Below, one piece after another: positions 25,008-35,582 of a DNA stretch of 49,837 nt; position 1 is the first letter of the stretch, and every line of letters begins with the position of its first letter. The stretch is from the IMG/VR virus record IMGVR_UViG_3300045988_175398. One strand, given 5' to 3'. The position numbers and the translations under genes were made by a program. A model generated the notes under the pieces. That model searched no databases. It had not been told where the DNA came from and saw only the letters and a program-made list of their open reading frames with translations. Origin of the DNA: a virus.

Positions 25008-26212
25008 TATTTTACTCCCTCATCATAAATAAATCTAAAAGAATTTGTTCTTCCTTTGGCGTCATACACTACTATAACTTTTTCATTTTTTAATATCGGA
25101 TACAACAAACACAATCTAGAATCAGGGTTTGATGCATGTATCGTTAGTGTATATCTACTATCATTATTAAATTGGATAAACTGCCCTTGTGCAGTAGCGC
25201 GTTTATCCAAAAAAAACCACCCATTTGCAGGAGCTGTATAGGTTGTACCACTTGCACCCAACGTCAAATCAACGTATCTGTTACTTGGTTTACCTTGAGC
25301 AGATATAAACTCTTTACCTGATGTTGTGATATTGTTCATATCGGCATTAGCCTTACCACCAAGAGCCGTCATAAACTCTGCCGCTTGTGCAACACTTGCT
25401 TCTGCCGCACTTGAATAAAGAACAACGTAAGCTCTATAGGTGGCGTGGTCAGGATTTACTTTAACTCCATTTTTGTAGGTTGAGGAAGAGCGGGAAGCAT
25501 TGAAACCAATTATTCCGCCTCTTGCTGAACTTCCTGCTTTTATCTCATAAGTATAAGTATTTCTTAAATTAAAAACACCTGATGAACTTAAAGTTCTTCC
25601 ACCTGTTACATCAATTATATCACCCGTAATATTCGGCAAACTTTCTGCACCAAATATAGATGGTGTTTGTCCGGCTTTCAAATAAACGTCTTTCAGCAAT
25701 GGTACTTTGAAACGCTCGTTTGATGTATCAAGAGCGAAGAAACCACAAGAGCCGTTTGCACTTACTTTGCTATCAAAATCTGTTACTGTTATGCTTTGGA
25801 TTTTTCCGTCAACCAACATTTGGTAAATATCAGGGAACTGCGCTTTTGTGTATAAAGCTCCATCGCACCAAGCTCCGCCTAAAGGAACTTCTGTGCTTGC
25901 GGTGTATTGAATGTCTCCAATGTTCCCAAATGAATTCTTGGCAGAAGCATCGGCATAATCAAACTGGTTGTCTGAGTTTACCATTAAAAGTTTGCCAACC
26001 GGAATATTATTGACCACATCAGCAATGGCTTCAATATATTTCAATTTCTGGAAAATACCGTCTTTCTCATAGTTGATATTTCCGCCGTCGATGACTTCGG
26101 GAATGCCGTCCTGGTATCCATTTTCAATTTGTGTCGCTGTATATGCGGTTTTTATGCCACCGAAGTTATCCGGTAATGAAACGCTCGGTTTAGATGGTTT
26201 TTGTGTTGCCAT
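25007..26212 (-). CDS. tail fibre / receptor-binding protein
   Basis: 401 aa, Gly/Ser/Thr/Asn-rich beta-type composition, last large gene of the baseplate block. Confidence 0.4.
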   Translation of the reverse strand: MATQKPSKPSVSLPDNFGGIKTAYTATQIENGYQDGIPEVIDGGNINYEKDGIFQKLKYIEAIADVVNNIPVGKLLMVNSDNQFDYADASAKNSFGNIGDIQYTASTEVPLGGAWCDGALYTKAQFPDIYQMLVDGKIQSITVTDFDSKVSANGSCGFFALDTSNERFKVPLLKDVYLKAGQTPSIFGAESLPNITGDIIDVTGGRTLSSSGVFNLRNTYTYEIKAGSSARGGIIGFNASRSSSTYKNGVKVNPDHATYRAYVVLYSSAAEASVAQAAEFMTALGGKANADMNNITTSGKEFISAQGKPSNRYVDLTLGASGTTYTAPANGWFFLDKRATAQGQFIQFNNDSRYTLTIHASNPDSRLCLLYPILKNEKVIVVYDAKGRTNSFRFIYDEGVK

Positions 26213-26855
26213 TTGTGCTCTCCGTCATCAGATTTCTAATTCCTACACCACTGCCCAAAATACTCTCAATGTCTGATTTTGTATCTTGAGTGAAAAATAA
26301 ATTATCACCAACCAATGTCACATCTAATAACATGATGTCAACATTTTTGATTTTAACTTTTTTGGCAAAAGTCATATTCTTGATGATAGCAATATTATCT
26401 TCACGAGTGCATTTGCTGATATTTGCACCTGCTTTGGCTTTGATTCTTGCTCTGAAATCTCTGTCTTCAAGACTTCCAGATGGTGCCACAAAATCAGTTT
26501 CAGGCTCGCTGAACCATATATATTTTTCAGTGTTTACATCTGCTCTGTTATAGCTGAAGTATGCTGAAATGTCAAAATATCTTCTTGATATTCCAACCAG
26601 CCACCCCCAATAGTCAAGAAAAACACCCTCTGCCAAATTGATATCAATTGAATCTAACAGATATTGAGCATTCTTTTGCAAATTGTCTTTCAAGCCAGCA
26701 TCAGCACCAATTAAAGCCATATATTCAGGATTGTTCCTGAATTGACCAAGGGAATATGCTTGATTCAGAGCAAAATAATCAAGATTCTTCATATACTTGT
26801 ATCCTTGTGCTATCGAAATTTGGAACTTGGGTCTTTGACAACTGGATTTGGTCAA
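26190..26855 (-). CDS. baseplate protein (gpI-like position)
   Basis: Gene order downstream of the J-like protein; 221 aa. Confidence 0.3.
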   Translation of the reverse strand: MTKSSCQRPKFQISIAQGYKYMKNLDYFALNQAYSLGQFRNNPEYMALIGADAGLKDNLQKNAQYLLDSIDINLAEGVFLDYWGWLVGISRRYFDISAYFSYNRADVNTEKYIWFSEPETDFVAPSGSLEDRDFRARIKAKAGANISKCTREDNIAIIKNMTFAKKVKIKNVDIMLLDVTLVGDNLFFTQDTKSDIESILGSGVGIRNLMTESTNGNTKTI

Positions 26856-27957
26856 CCCAATCTAAATTATTCTTTGATATTTTAAGCTGAGTTATACCAG
26901 CCACACCATCAGCTTCATAAATTGATGCAGCAAACATGTTGGCATAAATGATTGAACCCATATCAAATCCATGCTCTGTGATATATGCCATGATGTTGTT
27001 TTTAACTTCTGATTGAACATTTGCCAAAGGAATTCCATTCTTGACTGCGACTTTGACTTGGATATAAATATCTTGCACTTCAGCACGGTCAAATTTGATT
27101 GTTTCAGTTTGTCCCTCGCTATCTGTAACTGTAACAGATATTGCTCCTTGAAGCCCGAACATATTGCCATCAACAAGATGTTTGAAAATAGTTTGAGCAA
27201 CTGTTTCATCATCATATGCTGTGTTGATAACAATTTTCAGAGAGTGGGCTGGAATTCCATCAACTTCTTCGCCAGTCCTATTATTAAAAATCTGCAAATC
27301 TGAATCTGTATTTACAAGCTCCAACAATGCCTTTTCAAGCCCGTCATCTGTATTAGCTCCAACTGTAGAAGAATTTAACATCCAGCGTTTTCTGAACTCT
27401 TCATCAGTTTCATATTCTTGTCCAATTTGGATTGTATTTCCTTGCTCATAATAAACACCAGTCAAATTTGCCAAAGGAGTAATGACATTTATCAGAGCAT
27501 CAGATGGCAAGTCAATTGCTCCGCTTTCTTCAGCCGTAAAAGAGCCAAAGGCTTTGCCTGTGCTGTCAAAATTTATTGGGTCATTATTTTTGAATTGGTC
27601 TTTTGTAGAGGAATTTTCAATTGTCAGTGCGCCAGCTTCAATAACTGTATTTGGTGTTCCTTCGCAAGTCCTTGAAACAACTGTGTATGTTGCTTGTCTT
27701 CTTGTTAATCCTATAATGGAATACAACCTGTCTTGCCACTCACCCTCGGCTGTATAAGGATTCATTTGCTTAATCAGGAATGCTATCTGATTTTCGACAT
27801 CCATCACTGATAATGAAGATGCAGTTGCAACATTATCAACAACCCCCTCTTTCTTGATATTGAAATCATTGCCAAACACTGTGCGAAGCTTATTTGTCCA
27901 AAATGCCAAATTCTCATCTAGAGTGCTTAAAACAAATCCTTTGCTGTTGATTATCAT
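26779..27957 (-). CDS. baseplate J-like protein
   Basis: 392 aa, position after the gp25/W-like small protein as in P2/Mu-type baseplate clusters. Confidence 0.4.
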   Translation of the reverse strand: MIINSKGFVLSTLDENLAFWTNKLRTVFGNDFNIKKEGVVDNVATASSLSVMDVENQIAFLIKQMNPYTAEGEWQDRLYSIIGLTRRQATYTVVSRTCEGTPNTVIEAGALTIENSSTKDQFKNNDPINFDSTGKAFGSFTAEESGAIDLPSDALINVITPLANLTGVYYEQGNTIQIGQEYETDEEFRKRWMLNSSTVGANTDDGLEKALLELVNTDSDLQIFNNRTGEEVDGIPAHSLKIVINTAYDDETVAQTIFKHLVDGNMFGLQGAISVTVTDSEGQTETIKFDRAEVQDIYIQVKVAVKNGIPLANVQSEVKNNIMAYITEHGFDMGSIIYANMFAASIYEADGVAGITQLKISKNNLDWVDQIQLSKTQVPNFDSTRIQVYEES

Positions 27958-28295
27958 AATCTATACACCTCATCCACTCTAAGCACAGAATTGCCAGCAA
28001 CCACATTTACACCAACATGGTATTCATCACCAACTTTATGAAACAAATAGTCTCTGACTTCCTGAACATCCACCACTTCTTTTATAGCCTTTTTAATTTC
28101 AGATTTCAATATTTTTGGATATGCTTTGAGACCATTGATATAATCAATGCCAGCACGATAATCCAAGAACCAATCTCCCTTGAGAATTTTTAAACCTACA
28201 ACAACCTGCTGGGCAACTCTTTCAATGCCATCTACAAGTTTAAAATCACCATTCTCAAGAACCAAATGTCCATCTTTCAAAGCAATATCTTTCAT
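27954..28295 (-). CDS. small baseplate wedge protein (gp25/gpW-like position)
   Basis: 113 aa, between spike and J-like genes. Confidence 0.35.
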   Translation of the reverse strand: MKDIALKDGHLVLENGDFKLVDGIERVAQQVVVGLKILKGDWFLDYRAGIDYINGLKAYPKILKSEIKKAIKEVVDVQEVRDYLFHKVGDEYHVGVNVVAGNSVLRVDEVYRL

Positions 28296-28305
28296 TCATC
28301 TTCCT

Positions 28306-28977
28306 CTATTTTGGTGGCTGAGTTGGAGTTGGACTGCCTGGACCTGGATTGTAATCATGGGTGTGATTTTTAAGGCTTATTCCACCACCAATTACATCTT
28401 CCGAAACAGTCACAGTTCCATTCACACTCACATCACCATTTATTGAAGTGCTTGCTGAATTTATTATAATGCTTTTTGCTTTAATAGTAAAGTCTCCTGT
28501 TTCATTTACAGATAAAATAAATTGGCTGTTTTTAAGTCCAATGACAATTTCTCCATCAGGAAAAACAAATTTTTCATTGCTTGGCAGAAAACCAAGCTGA
28601 AAAATGCCATCACTTATAGAGTGGCAGCGTTCGTCACCATTATAATTTTCATTGCCAAAACGGTATTCTTCAATTGACTTATCACAAAATTTAATGACAC
28701 CTCTGTCGCCTTTTTTGATTTTCAACATGATATAAGCACGGGCTGTTTCCGGATATATGACAGGAACAGTTATAACACAATCTTCAATTTCATCATTGCG
28801 TATTGCCAAAACATTAACTGTGCCATCTTCGTTGACTTGCATAACCTTGGCAGGAAGCTGGCAGTTTATTTCATTTTTAATTTTTTCCGATAGTAAAAGC
28901 AAATTTTCTTGAACTGTCATTTCACCCAAACCTCCGTCAAACCAATTGTTCCATAGTTGTTGCCTCTTTTGACGCAT
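28306..28977 (-). CDS. baseplate spike (gpV-like)
   Basis: C-terminal ...VTVSEDVIGGGISLKNHTHDY with an HxH motif typical of P2 gpV-type spike apex; 223 aa. Confidence 0.5.
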   Translation of the reverse strand: MRQKRQQLWNNWFDGGLGEMTVQENLLLLSEKIKNEINCQLPAKVMQVNEDGTVNVLAIRNDEIEDCVITVPVIYPETARAYIMLKIKKGDRGVIKFCDKSIEEYRFGNENYNGDERCHSISDGIFQLGFLPSNEKFVFPDGEIVIGLKNSQFILSVNETGDFTIKAKSIIINSASTSINGDVSVNGTVTVSEDVIGGGISLKNHTHDYNPGPGSPTPTQPPK

Positions 28978-29864
28978 TTATAAATTTCTTTTACACCAGA
29001 CAAAACATCAAATTCACACTTGCAATAATGCCCAACTCTTATGCTTGGCAGAAGCTTGGTTTCAAAATGATATCCAATCTGATTATTATTTTGCTCTGCT
29101 TGAGGCTTGGTGGAATTTTCCCCATTGAATAAAAAGCCGTAAATTTTTTGTTTGTTTCCGTTGAATAAATGTAGAACTCCATTGTCAATGATATATTTGC
29201 ATCCTATTTTTCCGCAAATTTCTCGCAGTATAGTGCGAACTTTGCCACGAGCTACATAGTTATTCATTTCTGGATAATTATCCACTTCGTCACCCATAAA
29301 AATGCCCATAGCAGCAGCACAGTCATGAATTATTTGCTGAGATGACACAGTTCCTTGATATGATTTGCTTATAACTGCAGAATCAAACGAGTGCAAACTG
29401 TCAATTAAAGTTATTTCTGTGGCAATATCATTTTCACCACCAACTGCATCCTCTTTTTTCAAAAATCCTCTTGACTTATTGTTACCACCAATGGCTTTTT
29501 TCTGTGACGAAAAATATGGTGTGCCTCTAAAAATAAGCCCCCAATCATCATTACCCTCAGCACAATACAATTCAAAAGCATTAGCATAGTTTGCAATCTG
29601 ATTGAATGAATCATTGGTTATATTCCAAAGTGTCAAATTTGCTGTGCTTGGCTCTTTGCCATTCGTCTGCTGTATTTCAAAATCAATATCAATGCCACTT
29701 TCTTTATCATCAATCTTGTCTTCATAACGAATTCCATTGGTTGATTGATAAAAATCTGCTATATTTGGAATTGCCAGCTTTGCTTCTCTGTCAAATTGGA
29801 TATCCAATCGCAGTCTGAAATTCAAGTCTTGAACTTTGGTTTTATTCTCTGGCAGTATTTTCAT
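28917..29864 (-). CDS. baseplate hub / tail protein
   Basis: 315 aa, position between TMP-proximal genes and the spike. Confidence 0.35.
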   Translation of the reverse strand: MKILPENKTKVQDLNFRLRLDIQFDREAKLAIPNIADFYQSTNGIRYEDKIDDKESGIDIDFEIQQTNGKEPSTANLTLWNITNDSFNQIANYANAFELYCAEGNDDWGLIFRGTPYFSSQKKAIGGNNKSRGFLKKEDAVGGENDIATEITLIDSLHSFDSAVISKSYQGTVSSQQIIHDCAAAMGIFMGDEVDNYPEMNNYVARGKVRTILREICGKIGCKYIIDNGVLHLFNGNKQKIYGFLFNGENSTKPQAEQNNNQIGYHFETKLLPSIRVGHYCKCEFDVLSGVKEIYKCVKRGNNYGTIGLTEVWVK

Positions 29865-30183
29865 AATATAAAATATAATCCTTTATCGTCTCAGGGGTTG
29901 GCTCACCAGACAGATTGTCTTTGTGAAGAAAATACAAAGTTGGTATTTTTCGTTTGTCTGTCAAAATTATTACACCAGCAGTCAATGCATTGCCAGTATT
30001 AACTTCTTCTCCATTGCTGTCGAAAATGCTCATAAAACAGCAATTGCAATATTCATTCCATTTGAATGTTATACGATATGTTTCATCGCCAAAATTTGTA
30101 TATATTGAAATGAATTTGTTATTTGATAAGTCTGGACATTCAATATACATTCTATCCTCCCCATCCCATCTTAAATCCTTCAA
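29842..30183 (-). CDS. hypothetical tail-module protein (113 aa)
   Basis: ORF track, coupled overlaps. Confidence 0.35.
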   Translation of the reverse strand: MKDLRWDGEDRMYIECPDLSNNKFISIYTNFGDETYRITFKWNEYCNCCFMSIFDSNGEEVNTGNALTAGVIILTDKRKIPTLYFLHKDNLSGEPTPETIKDYILYYENTARE

Positions 30184-31150
30184 CTATACCTTTAATCCAG
30201 CTCTTGCCAATTTCTTTTGTCTCATCAAGAGCTTTCTTATAGCCATTGGATTCTTCTTCTATTGTTTTTGTGCTTTCTGGAATTAACTTATTGGCAACTT
30301 TCTTAACAGTTGAAGATGCTATGCTTATATTCAATGGAACAAGTTGAACTTTGCCAACTGCTATTTTCTTAAATTCAAGAGAATAAGCATAGCCTGCACT
30401 TGCACCTCTGGCAGGAGTAAAATTTGTCAAAACAACATTTTCTTTGATATTGTCTCCAAGCACAACATTGACTGCTATTTTTCTTTCTCTCAAATTTAGC
30501 AAAATGTCTTCAAATTCATCACCTGAATAATTCCTGCCATCTTGCAAATAGCATTCCAAATTTAGCATATCAGGCAAATTGTGAATGTATTCCTGATATG
30601 TCTGTCCACTTTGAACACGGCGGTCAGGCGTTTCTGCTGAATAATTCCTTCTATCAGACAAAGTGGCATCAACTTCAATCACCTCATATCCTTCGGTGTT
30701 TTCTCTTGTCTTCTGTCCTGTGAAAAAATCTGACAAAGCACTACCAAAATTCTGAAAAGATTTTATAAACTGCTGAACATTGACACCATTTTCAGATTTT
30801 AGGGCTGTTTTTAGCTGTTCCACAGACTGGAATCCCATAGCAATAGCAGTTTGGTTAAGGGCTTGTGGAAATCCTTGTGTCAAGTATCCGAATGCTGTTT
30901 CATTGCTTATTTTTCCTTGAGTCAATAGCTGAGTCAAGGCAATGCCAGAGAATTTATTTGCAATTTCATCTGAATTTTCAACTATCAATTTGGCTGTATT
31001 TTTCATAACAGTCGTGACATTGGAAAAACTCAATCCACCAGTTGTAACTCCTGATATGAGTTTATTTGCCAAGCTCGAAATTCCGCCTGCTTTGTCTTCT
31101 TTGCTGGCAGTTGAAGTTTCTTGTGGTATCAATATGGCACAATATGGCAT
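30152..31150 (-). CDS. tail protein (distal tail/baseplate-associated)
   Basis: 332 aa directly downstream of the tape measure gene. Confidence 0.35.
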   Translation of the reverse strand: MPYCAILIPQETSTASKEDKAGGISSLANKLISGVTTGGLSFSNVTTVMKNTAKLIVENSDEIANKFSGIALTQLLTQGKISNETAFGYLTQGFPQALNQTAIAMGFQSVEQLKTALKSENGVNVQQFIKSFQNFGSALSDFFTGQKTRENTEGYEVIEVDATLSDRRNYSAETPDRRVQSGQTYQEYIHNLPDMLNLECYLQDGRNYSGDEFEDILLNLRERKIAVNVVLGDNIKENVVLTNFTPARGASAGYAYSLEFKKIAVGKVQLVPLNISIASSTVKKVANKLIPESTKTIEEESNGYKKALDETKEIGKSWIKGIVEGFKMGWGG

Positions 31151-32559
31151 TAGCTCATCACTCCTAAGGCTATTTGTTCAGAAAGAGCATCATTTATTTC
31201 CTGTGCTGTTATTTTCGGGTCTCTAGCTCCATTGACATTGATATTGACACTTTGGTTAATATTGTTTGCCTGATAAGATTTTGAATTTGCAATTTGCTGG
31301 TTAATAGGCATCATATTGCGAACTGGTGGTTCATTCAATGCACCTTGCGAAAATGTACCCTTGAATTGCTTTCGTTCTTCCCACCAACCAGTTTCTCTGC
31401 CAACATAGTTCAAAACTTTATATGTGCCACGCTCAATACTGTCAATTGCTTCAGCATACCAATTCCACTCACCTTTTAACATTTTTATTGTTTGAATTGC
31501 TAATTCAATAACAGCAATTATTTTCAAAAATGGAGCTGACATTGCCCAAGCCTGAATGGCGAATGCTTTCATGGCAGGCAAAGAAGCGATGATTGCAAAT
31601 TTAATTGATGAAAAAATTCCAATGCCAGAAGCTAAATTCAAGAAAAATAAATCAAGCAAAGGTATAGCTTTAACAATTGATGGTATGAATGCTGCAAGAA
31701 TAATTATTGCAACTGTGTCAATATTTTTAGCAAGAAACACAATGACTTCTGCCAAAACTTTACTTGCTCCTGTCATTTCATTCAATCTGTTTAAGAATTT
31801 GCCAACACTGTTGCTGAGTGTGACAAAAGCCTGTCCGATTGTTTTATCCATTTTTTGGAATTCTTGATTGACTTTCGGGGCTTGGTTAAGAATTGCATTG
31901 AGCACTTTGTCAGGAGTCAAACCACCCTCTGCAGCCACAGTTCTCAGCTGACCAATCTGAAGTCCCATTCCTTCTGCAATCATTCTTGCAAGTCTTGGTG
32001 ATTGTTCAAGAATTGAATTGAGCTCTTGCCCTCTAAGCTGACCACTTGCCAAGCCTTGTCCAAGCTGAACCAATGCAGCCTGATTGCTGGCAGCTGAACC
32101 TCCACCGATGATGATTGCTTTGTTAATGGCTTCTGTTATTTGCAATCGCTTCTGTTCACTCAATCCAAGAGTTTCAGTTGCTGTTGTAATACGACGATAC
32201 AAATCCACAGTTGCCATCATATTTTGGCGAGTGTCTTGAGATATGTTAAACAACCTTTCCTGAACACGCAGTCTTTCTTCCTCACCTGCTGTAACAAGAG
32301 AAAGAATTGACTTGATATTTGTCCATTCATCAGCATAGCGAGCTATTTCTCTGATTCCAAGATAAGCTCCTATTGTTCTAAATGCTTTGCCAAGCGCAAA
32401 ACCAGTTGAGGCAACTTCTCTATTGCTGGCTGCAACTATCTTGTTGTTATTGATGACTTTCTTCTGCTGCTGGTCAAGAATTGTGAAGCCTTTGATGGCA
32501 CCATTATCATTGAACACAGTTTCAATAACAAACTGGTCTATTTTATCAAATGACACCAT
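31150..32559 (-). CDS. tail tape measure protein
   Basis: GGGSAASNQAALVQLGQGLASGQLRGQELNSILEQSPRLARMIAEGMG matches the conserved tape-measure N-terminal domain; hydrophobic GxxxG-rich stretch; follows the frameshifted chaperone pair. Confidence 0.7.
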   Translation of the reverse strand: MVSFDKIDQFVIETVFNDNGAIKGFTILDQQQKKVINNNKIVAASNREVASTGFALGKAFRTIGAYLGIREIARYADEWTNIKSILSLVTAGEEERLRVQERLFNISQDTRQNMMATVDLYRRITTATETLGLSEQKRLQITEAINKAIIIGGGSAASNQAALVQLGQGLASGQLRGQELNSILEQSPRLARMIAEGMGLQIGQLRTVAAEGGLTPDKVLNAILNQAPKVNQEFQKMDKTIGQAFVTLSNSVGKFLNRLNEMTGASKVLAEVIVFLAKNIDTVAIIILAAFIPSIVKAIPLLDLFFLNLASGIGIFSSIKFAIIASLPAMKAFAIQAWAMSAPFLKIIAVIELAIQTIKMLKGEWNWYAEAIDSIERGTYKVLNYVGRETGWWEERKQFKGTFSQGALNEPPVRNMMPINQQIANSKSYQANNINQSVNINVNGARDPKITAQEINDALSEQIALGVMS

Positions 32560-32833
32560 CTAAACTCTTCCTTTGCTCTTCAATTTGCTGAATGACTATT
32601 TCATACATCATTAGCAAATCATCTGTTTCCATATCATATACATCTTTCGGCTTGAAAGACAAATTATTCTGCATAAATAAAACAGAATAAGAAATCATTA
32701 TTTTCTTGACTTGTCTTTCATTTTCTTCCGAAGTCCTTCGCCAATCATTTCTGTCTGCTGCTCCAGAAGAGCCTTTAAAGACTCTGCTATATTGCCGAGA
32801 GACCCGTTCAATTTCTCTTTCAAGCCTTTCCAT
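32546..32833 (-). CDS. -1 frame extension of the tail assembly chaperone (GT-like product via programmed frameshift)
   Basis: Open in the -1 frame relative to 32698..33201 across the overlap; slippery heptamer T_TTA_AAG at 32773-32779 (minus strand). Confidence 0.5.
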   Translation of the reverse strand: MERLEREIERVSRQYSRVFKGSSGAADRNDWRRTSEENERQVKKIMISYSVLFMQNNLSFKPKDVYDMETDDLLMMYEIVIQQIEEQRKSLDGVI

Positions 32834-33201
32834 TCCCCCAAGCTGTTATATGCCATCATCACTGTGATTGTATAAACAGCAAGGAAATTTCCAGCAAAAT
32901 GCTCACTCAATTCATTTTCATCCACAGGATTGCCATCAATATAGAGAACATTTGCTTTGTCATGTAAAAACAAATTGACCATCCAAATCCAGTCATCTTT
33001 GTCAAATACATCTTTGACAACTTTGTAAAAGCTATCAAGGTTGTCGCCTTGCTCAAATTTATTAGCAAAGACGACGCCTGTAACAGCCCCAAAGCCAAAT
33101 AATTTTTGAACCATGCGAACTCCGAATGCAGTTAGCTCACCAAAGCTCAAAGCATTGCGGGAATATTTATGGCCATCATATTCAACTTCAATTTGCTTCA
33201 T
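32698..33201 (-). CDS. tail assembly chaperone (G-like, upstream frame)
   Basis: 167 aa ORF immediately upstream of the TMP, overlapped in the -1 frame by 32546..32833. Confidence 0.55.
   Translation of the reverse strand: MKQIEVEYDGHKYSRNALSFGELTAFGVRMVQKLFGFGAVTGVVFANKFEQGDNLDSFYKVVKDVFDKDDWIWMVNLFLHDKANVLYIDGNPVDENELSEHFAGNFLAVYTITVMMAYNSLGEWKGLKEKLNGSLGNIAESLKALLEQQTEMIGEGLRKKMKDKSRK
32773..32779 (-). promoter_or_regulatory. candidate -1 ribosomal frameshift slippery site T_TTA_AAG
   Basis: XXXYYYZ heptamer in the zero frame (tct tta aag) 75 nt before the G-frame stop; shifted reading gives ...VFKGSSGAADR... = the downstream ORF. Confidence 0.45.
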
Positions 33202-33569
33202 TATTTAACCTCTTCACAGTAAATAATCATTTCCCATTGACCACCATCTACAGGCTCTGTATGCGACTGAATATAAGCTGTGGTTGAAGTCTTGGTGACA
33301 CCAGTATTGTCATCTTTATACTGGAATGGCAATTGAGTCCCATATTTTTCCCAGGTGTCAACTTGCCCTTTGATTGGTGAGAAAACATTCTGTGTGATGC
33401 GAAATGTGTCAAACTGGTCATATCTCTTCAAAGTAACGGCGTCTCCAACAACTCCTTTGATTTTTTCAATGGCATCATTTTCACGAATATGTTCGCAGAA
33501 AACATCACCAAAATTTGTCAAGTTGATGCCATTCAAGCATGCGAATTGGAGTTTTCTATCATATTTCAT
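33201..33569 (-). CDS. tail tube protein
   Basis: 122 aa, between sheath-size gene and chaperones. Confidence 0.45.
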   Translation of the reverse strand: MKYDRKLQFACLNGINLTNFGDVFCEHIRENDAIEKIKGVVGDAVTLKRYDQFDTFRITQNVFSPIKGQVDTWEKYGTQLPFQYKDDNTGVTKTSTTAYIQSHTEPVDGGQWEMIIYCEEVK

Positions 33570-33580
33570 CCATTTTCTCC

Positions 33581-34720
33581 TTACATTTCAATTGCTGATT
33601 TTTCTGAATCTGACGGATTAACAGTCAAATCAATAATAACCTTTGTGCCAGTCAATGCATCAATATACCAGCCTTGAGCGTGATAAACTTGATTTCTGTA
33701 ATCAGTCGGATAATTTGTTTTGACTTTGGCAATCGGCATGCATTTCAAGTAAAAACCATTGGTGTCTTCACTATCTTGAACAATAAGGTCATTGCTCTGG
33801 CAGCCAATCAGAACAGATTTCAGATTCTCTTCAAGAATGCTGTTTGAACTCTCTTGATAGCTGAGCTTTTTAGCCAGAAAATCAAGAACCTTAAATTTCA
33901 GCAGCAGGTCGATTGTAAATCTGATATAACGGCGTTTTGTGATTTCACCATTGACTTGTTTATTACCATAAAATATTTTCTTGGCATACTGTTCAACACC
34001 AACACCACTGATAGCATTAACATATGAATAATAACCAACATTGTTCTTATCAAAGTTGCTCATGGAAGTTGAATCATAATTCTGAGGTGTTACACCAGAA
34101 AATTGAGAATACAAATCACCAACACTGCCCAAATACGGATTAGCCATCACACCCAGCAAAGCTCCTTTAAGGCTTTCCGAATCAATATGTGTGATTAACT
34201 TTGTATTGGCATAATTTTTTGCAACCAAAGTTTCAGCAACATTGCCTGCAGTTCCAGAGGCAACATCTTCATCAGAAGTCTGGGCAATGAATAAACGACC
34301 GCTCACCTCTGCTTTTGCAGCAACAGCAACAATATCTGCTTTCAAAGAAGAAGAGATATACAACTGAGAGAAGTTTGCATTCAAATTCATCAAAGCTGTA
34401 AAGGCTGATGCAATATCATCTTCATCAGTTTTTTGGAAAACAACCACTTGATTGATTCTGCTCTGATTCGGCTTTGCATTGTTTTTCTGCATCAGAAGAA
34501 CTGACAAATCATTATAATATTTAGTGCCAGGCGCGAATATTGAATCCAGTTCATCAATGTTAGAAATGACAACAACTTTATTTGCAGGCATATTGTATCC
34601 AGAAACAAGGTCTGAAGAGGTAAAATCCCCAACATACCCTGCATTGGACAAATATGCTGAAATGTCGGTCGCTTGTGGCAGTGTAAAGCCAATTTCAACC
34701 AATTTATCAATACTTATCAT
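33581..34720 (-). CDS. tail sheath protein
   Basis: 379 aa, upstream of tube-size gene; contractile-tail gene order sheath-tube-chaperone-TMP. Confidence 0.5.
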   Translation of the reverse strand: MISIDKLVEIGFTLPQATDISAYLSNAGYVGDFTSSDLVSGYNMPANKVVVISNIDELDSIFAPGTKYYNDLSVLLMQKNNAKPNQSRINQVVVFQKTDEDDIASAFTALMNLNANFSQLYISSSLKADIVAVAAKAEVSGRLFIAQTSDEDVASGTAGNVAETLVAKNYANTKLITHIDSESLKGALLGVMANPYLGSVGDLYSQFSGVTPQNYDSTSMSNFDKNNVGYYSYVNAISGVGVEQYAKKIFYGNKQVNGEITKRRYIRFTIDLLLKFKVLDFLAKKLSYQESSNSILEENLKSVLIGCQSNDLIVQDSEDTNGFYLKCMPIAKVKTNYPTDYRNQVYHAQGWYIDALTGTKVIIDLTVNPSDSEKSAIEM

Positions 34721-34722
34721 CT

Positions 34723-35238
34723 TTAATTACCTCTCACAATATTAACAACAACATCTTTACCAACTTGTTTCTGAATCTGAACTACATCATTGAAGCCAAA
34801 TGTAACATCAAATTCATATCTGTAAACATAACCGCCTGCTGTCAATTCGGTTAAGTCTCGGAGCTCTGATATATCATTAACTGACATATCATTCGCCAGA
34901 AATTCATAAGCAGCATCAAGTGGCTCAAAACTGTTTTTCAATTTTCTGGCATTACTTTCTGCAAAATAATTTTTCTCATCAAGATTACCATCTTCAGCAA
35001 CACCATCATTGTAGATGGCAAAAGTAACAACCATATTTTTATACATTGTCACTTCTTGAATATTGCCTGCGAGCTCTCTTTCAGAAGTCCTGCTGTCAGT
35101 CTGCTCCGGAACAATAGCTCTAAGCAGGCAAAACGGCTTTTTTGGCTCATCTTTGCGTTCATTTGCCCAATAAATTTTGTTTTCAAAATCAGCTGGCAGA
35201 ATTTCTTTGACAAAATCTAGGATTATTTGTTTTCTCAT
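34723..35238 (-). CDS. tail completion/terminator-like protein
   Basis: 171 aa, position only. Confidence 0.3.
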   Translation of the reverse strand: MRKQIILDFVKEILPADFENKIYWANERKDEPKKPFCLLRAIVPEQTDSRTSERELAGNIQEVTMYKNMVVTFAIYNDGVAEDGNLDEKNYFAESNARKLKNSFEPLDAAYEFLANDMSVNDISELRDLTELTAGGYVYRYEFDVTFGFNDVVQIQKQVGKDVVVNIVRGN

Positions 35239-35582
35239 TGATTGTCAACCCTCACCAGATAAGCCTTAAAATGTTCCAGAAATGTCTTTCTGCCATTATG
35301 CTCAACATTCCTGATTTCATACAATATATTATCCCTTAAAATTCTCTGACCTTCAACAACTTTTTCACTTGTATACATGTTATATACAGATAAAATTTTG
35401 TCACCAGCTTCAGAGGCAGATAAAGAATCACCATATTTATTGTTTGCTTGAATGTTGCATAGAATTTCTTTGATGGGCTTCCAAACAATTGCTTCAGAGC
35501 CATTAGGCTTTATTTCAGAAGTCTTTTCAAGAACCTGCACTTTTTCATTTTCTCGAATGCCGAGCAGAACAGAATTAAACAT
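35235..35582 (-). CDS. head-tail joining protein
   Basis: 115 aa, position only. Confidence 0.3.
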   Translation of the reverse strand: MFNSVLLGIRENEKVQVLEKTSEIKPNGSEAIVWKPIKEILCNIQANNKYGDSLSASEAGDKILSVYNMYTSEKVVEGQRILRDNILYEIRNVEHNGRKTFLEHFKAYLVRVDNQ

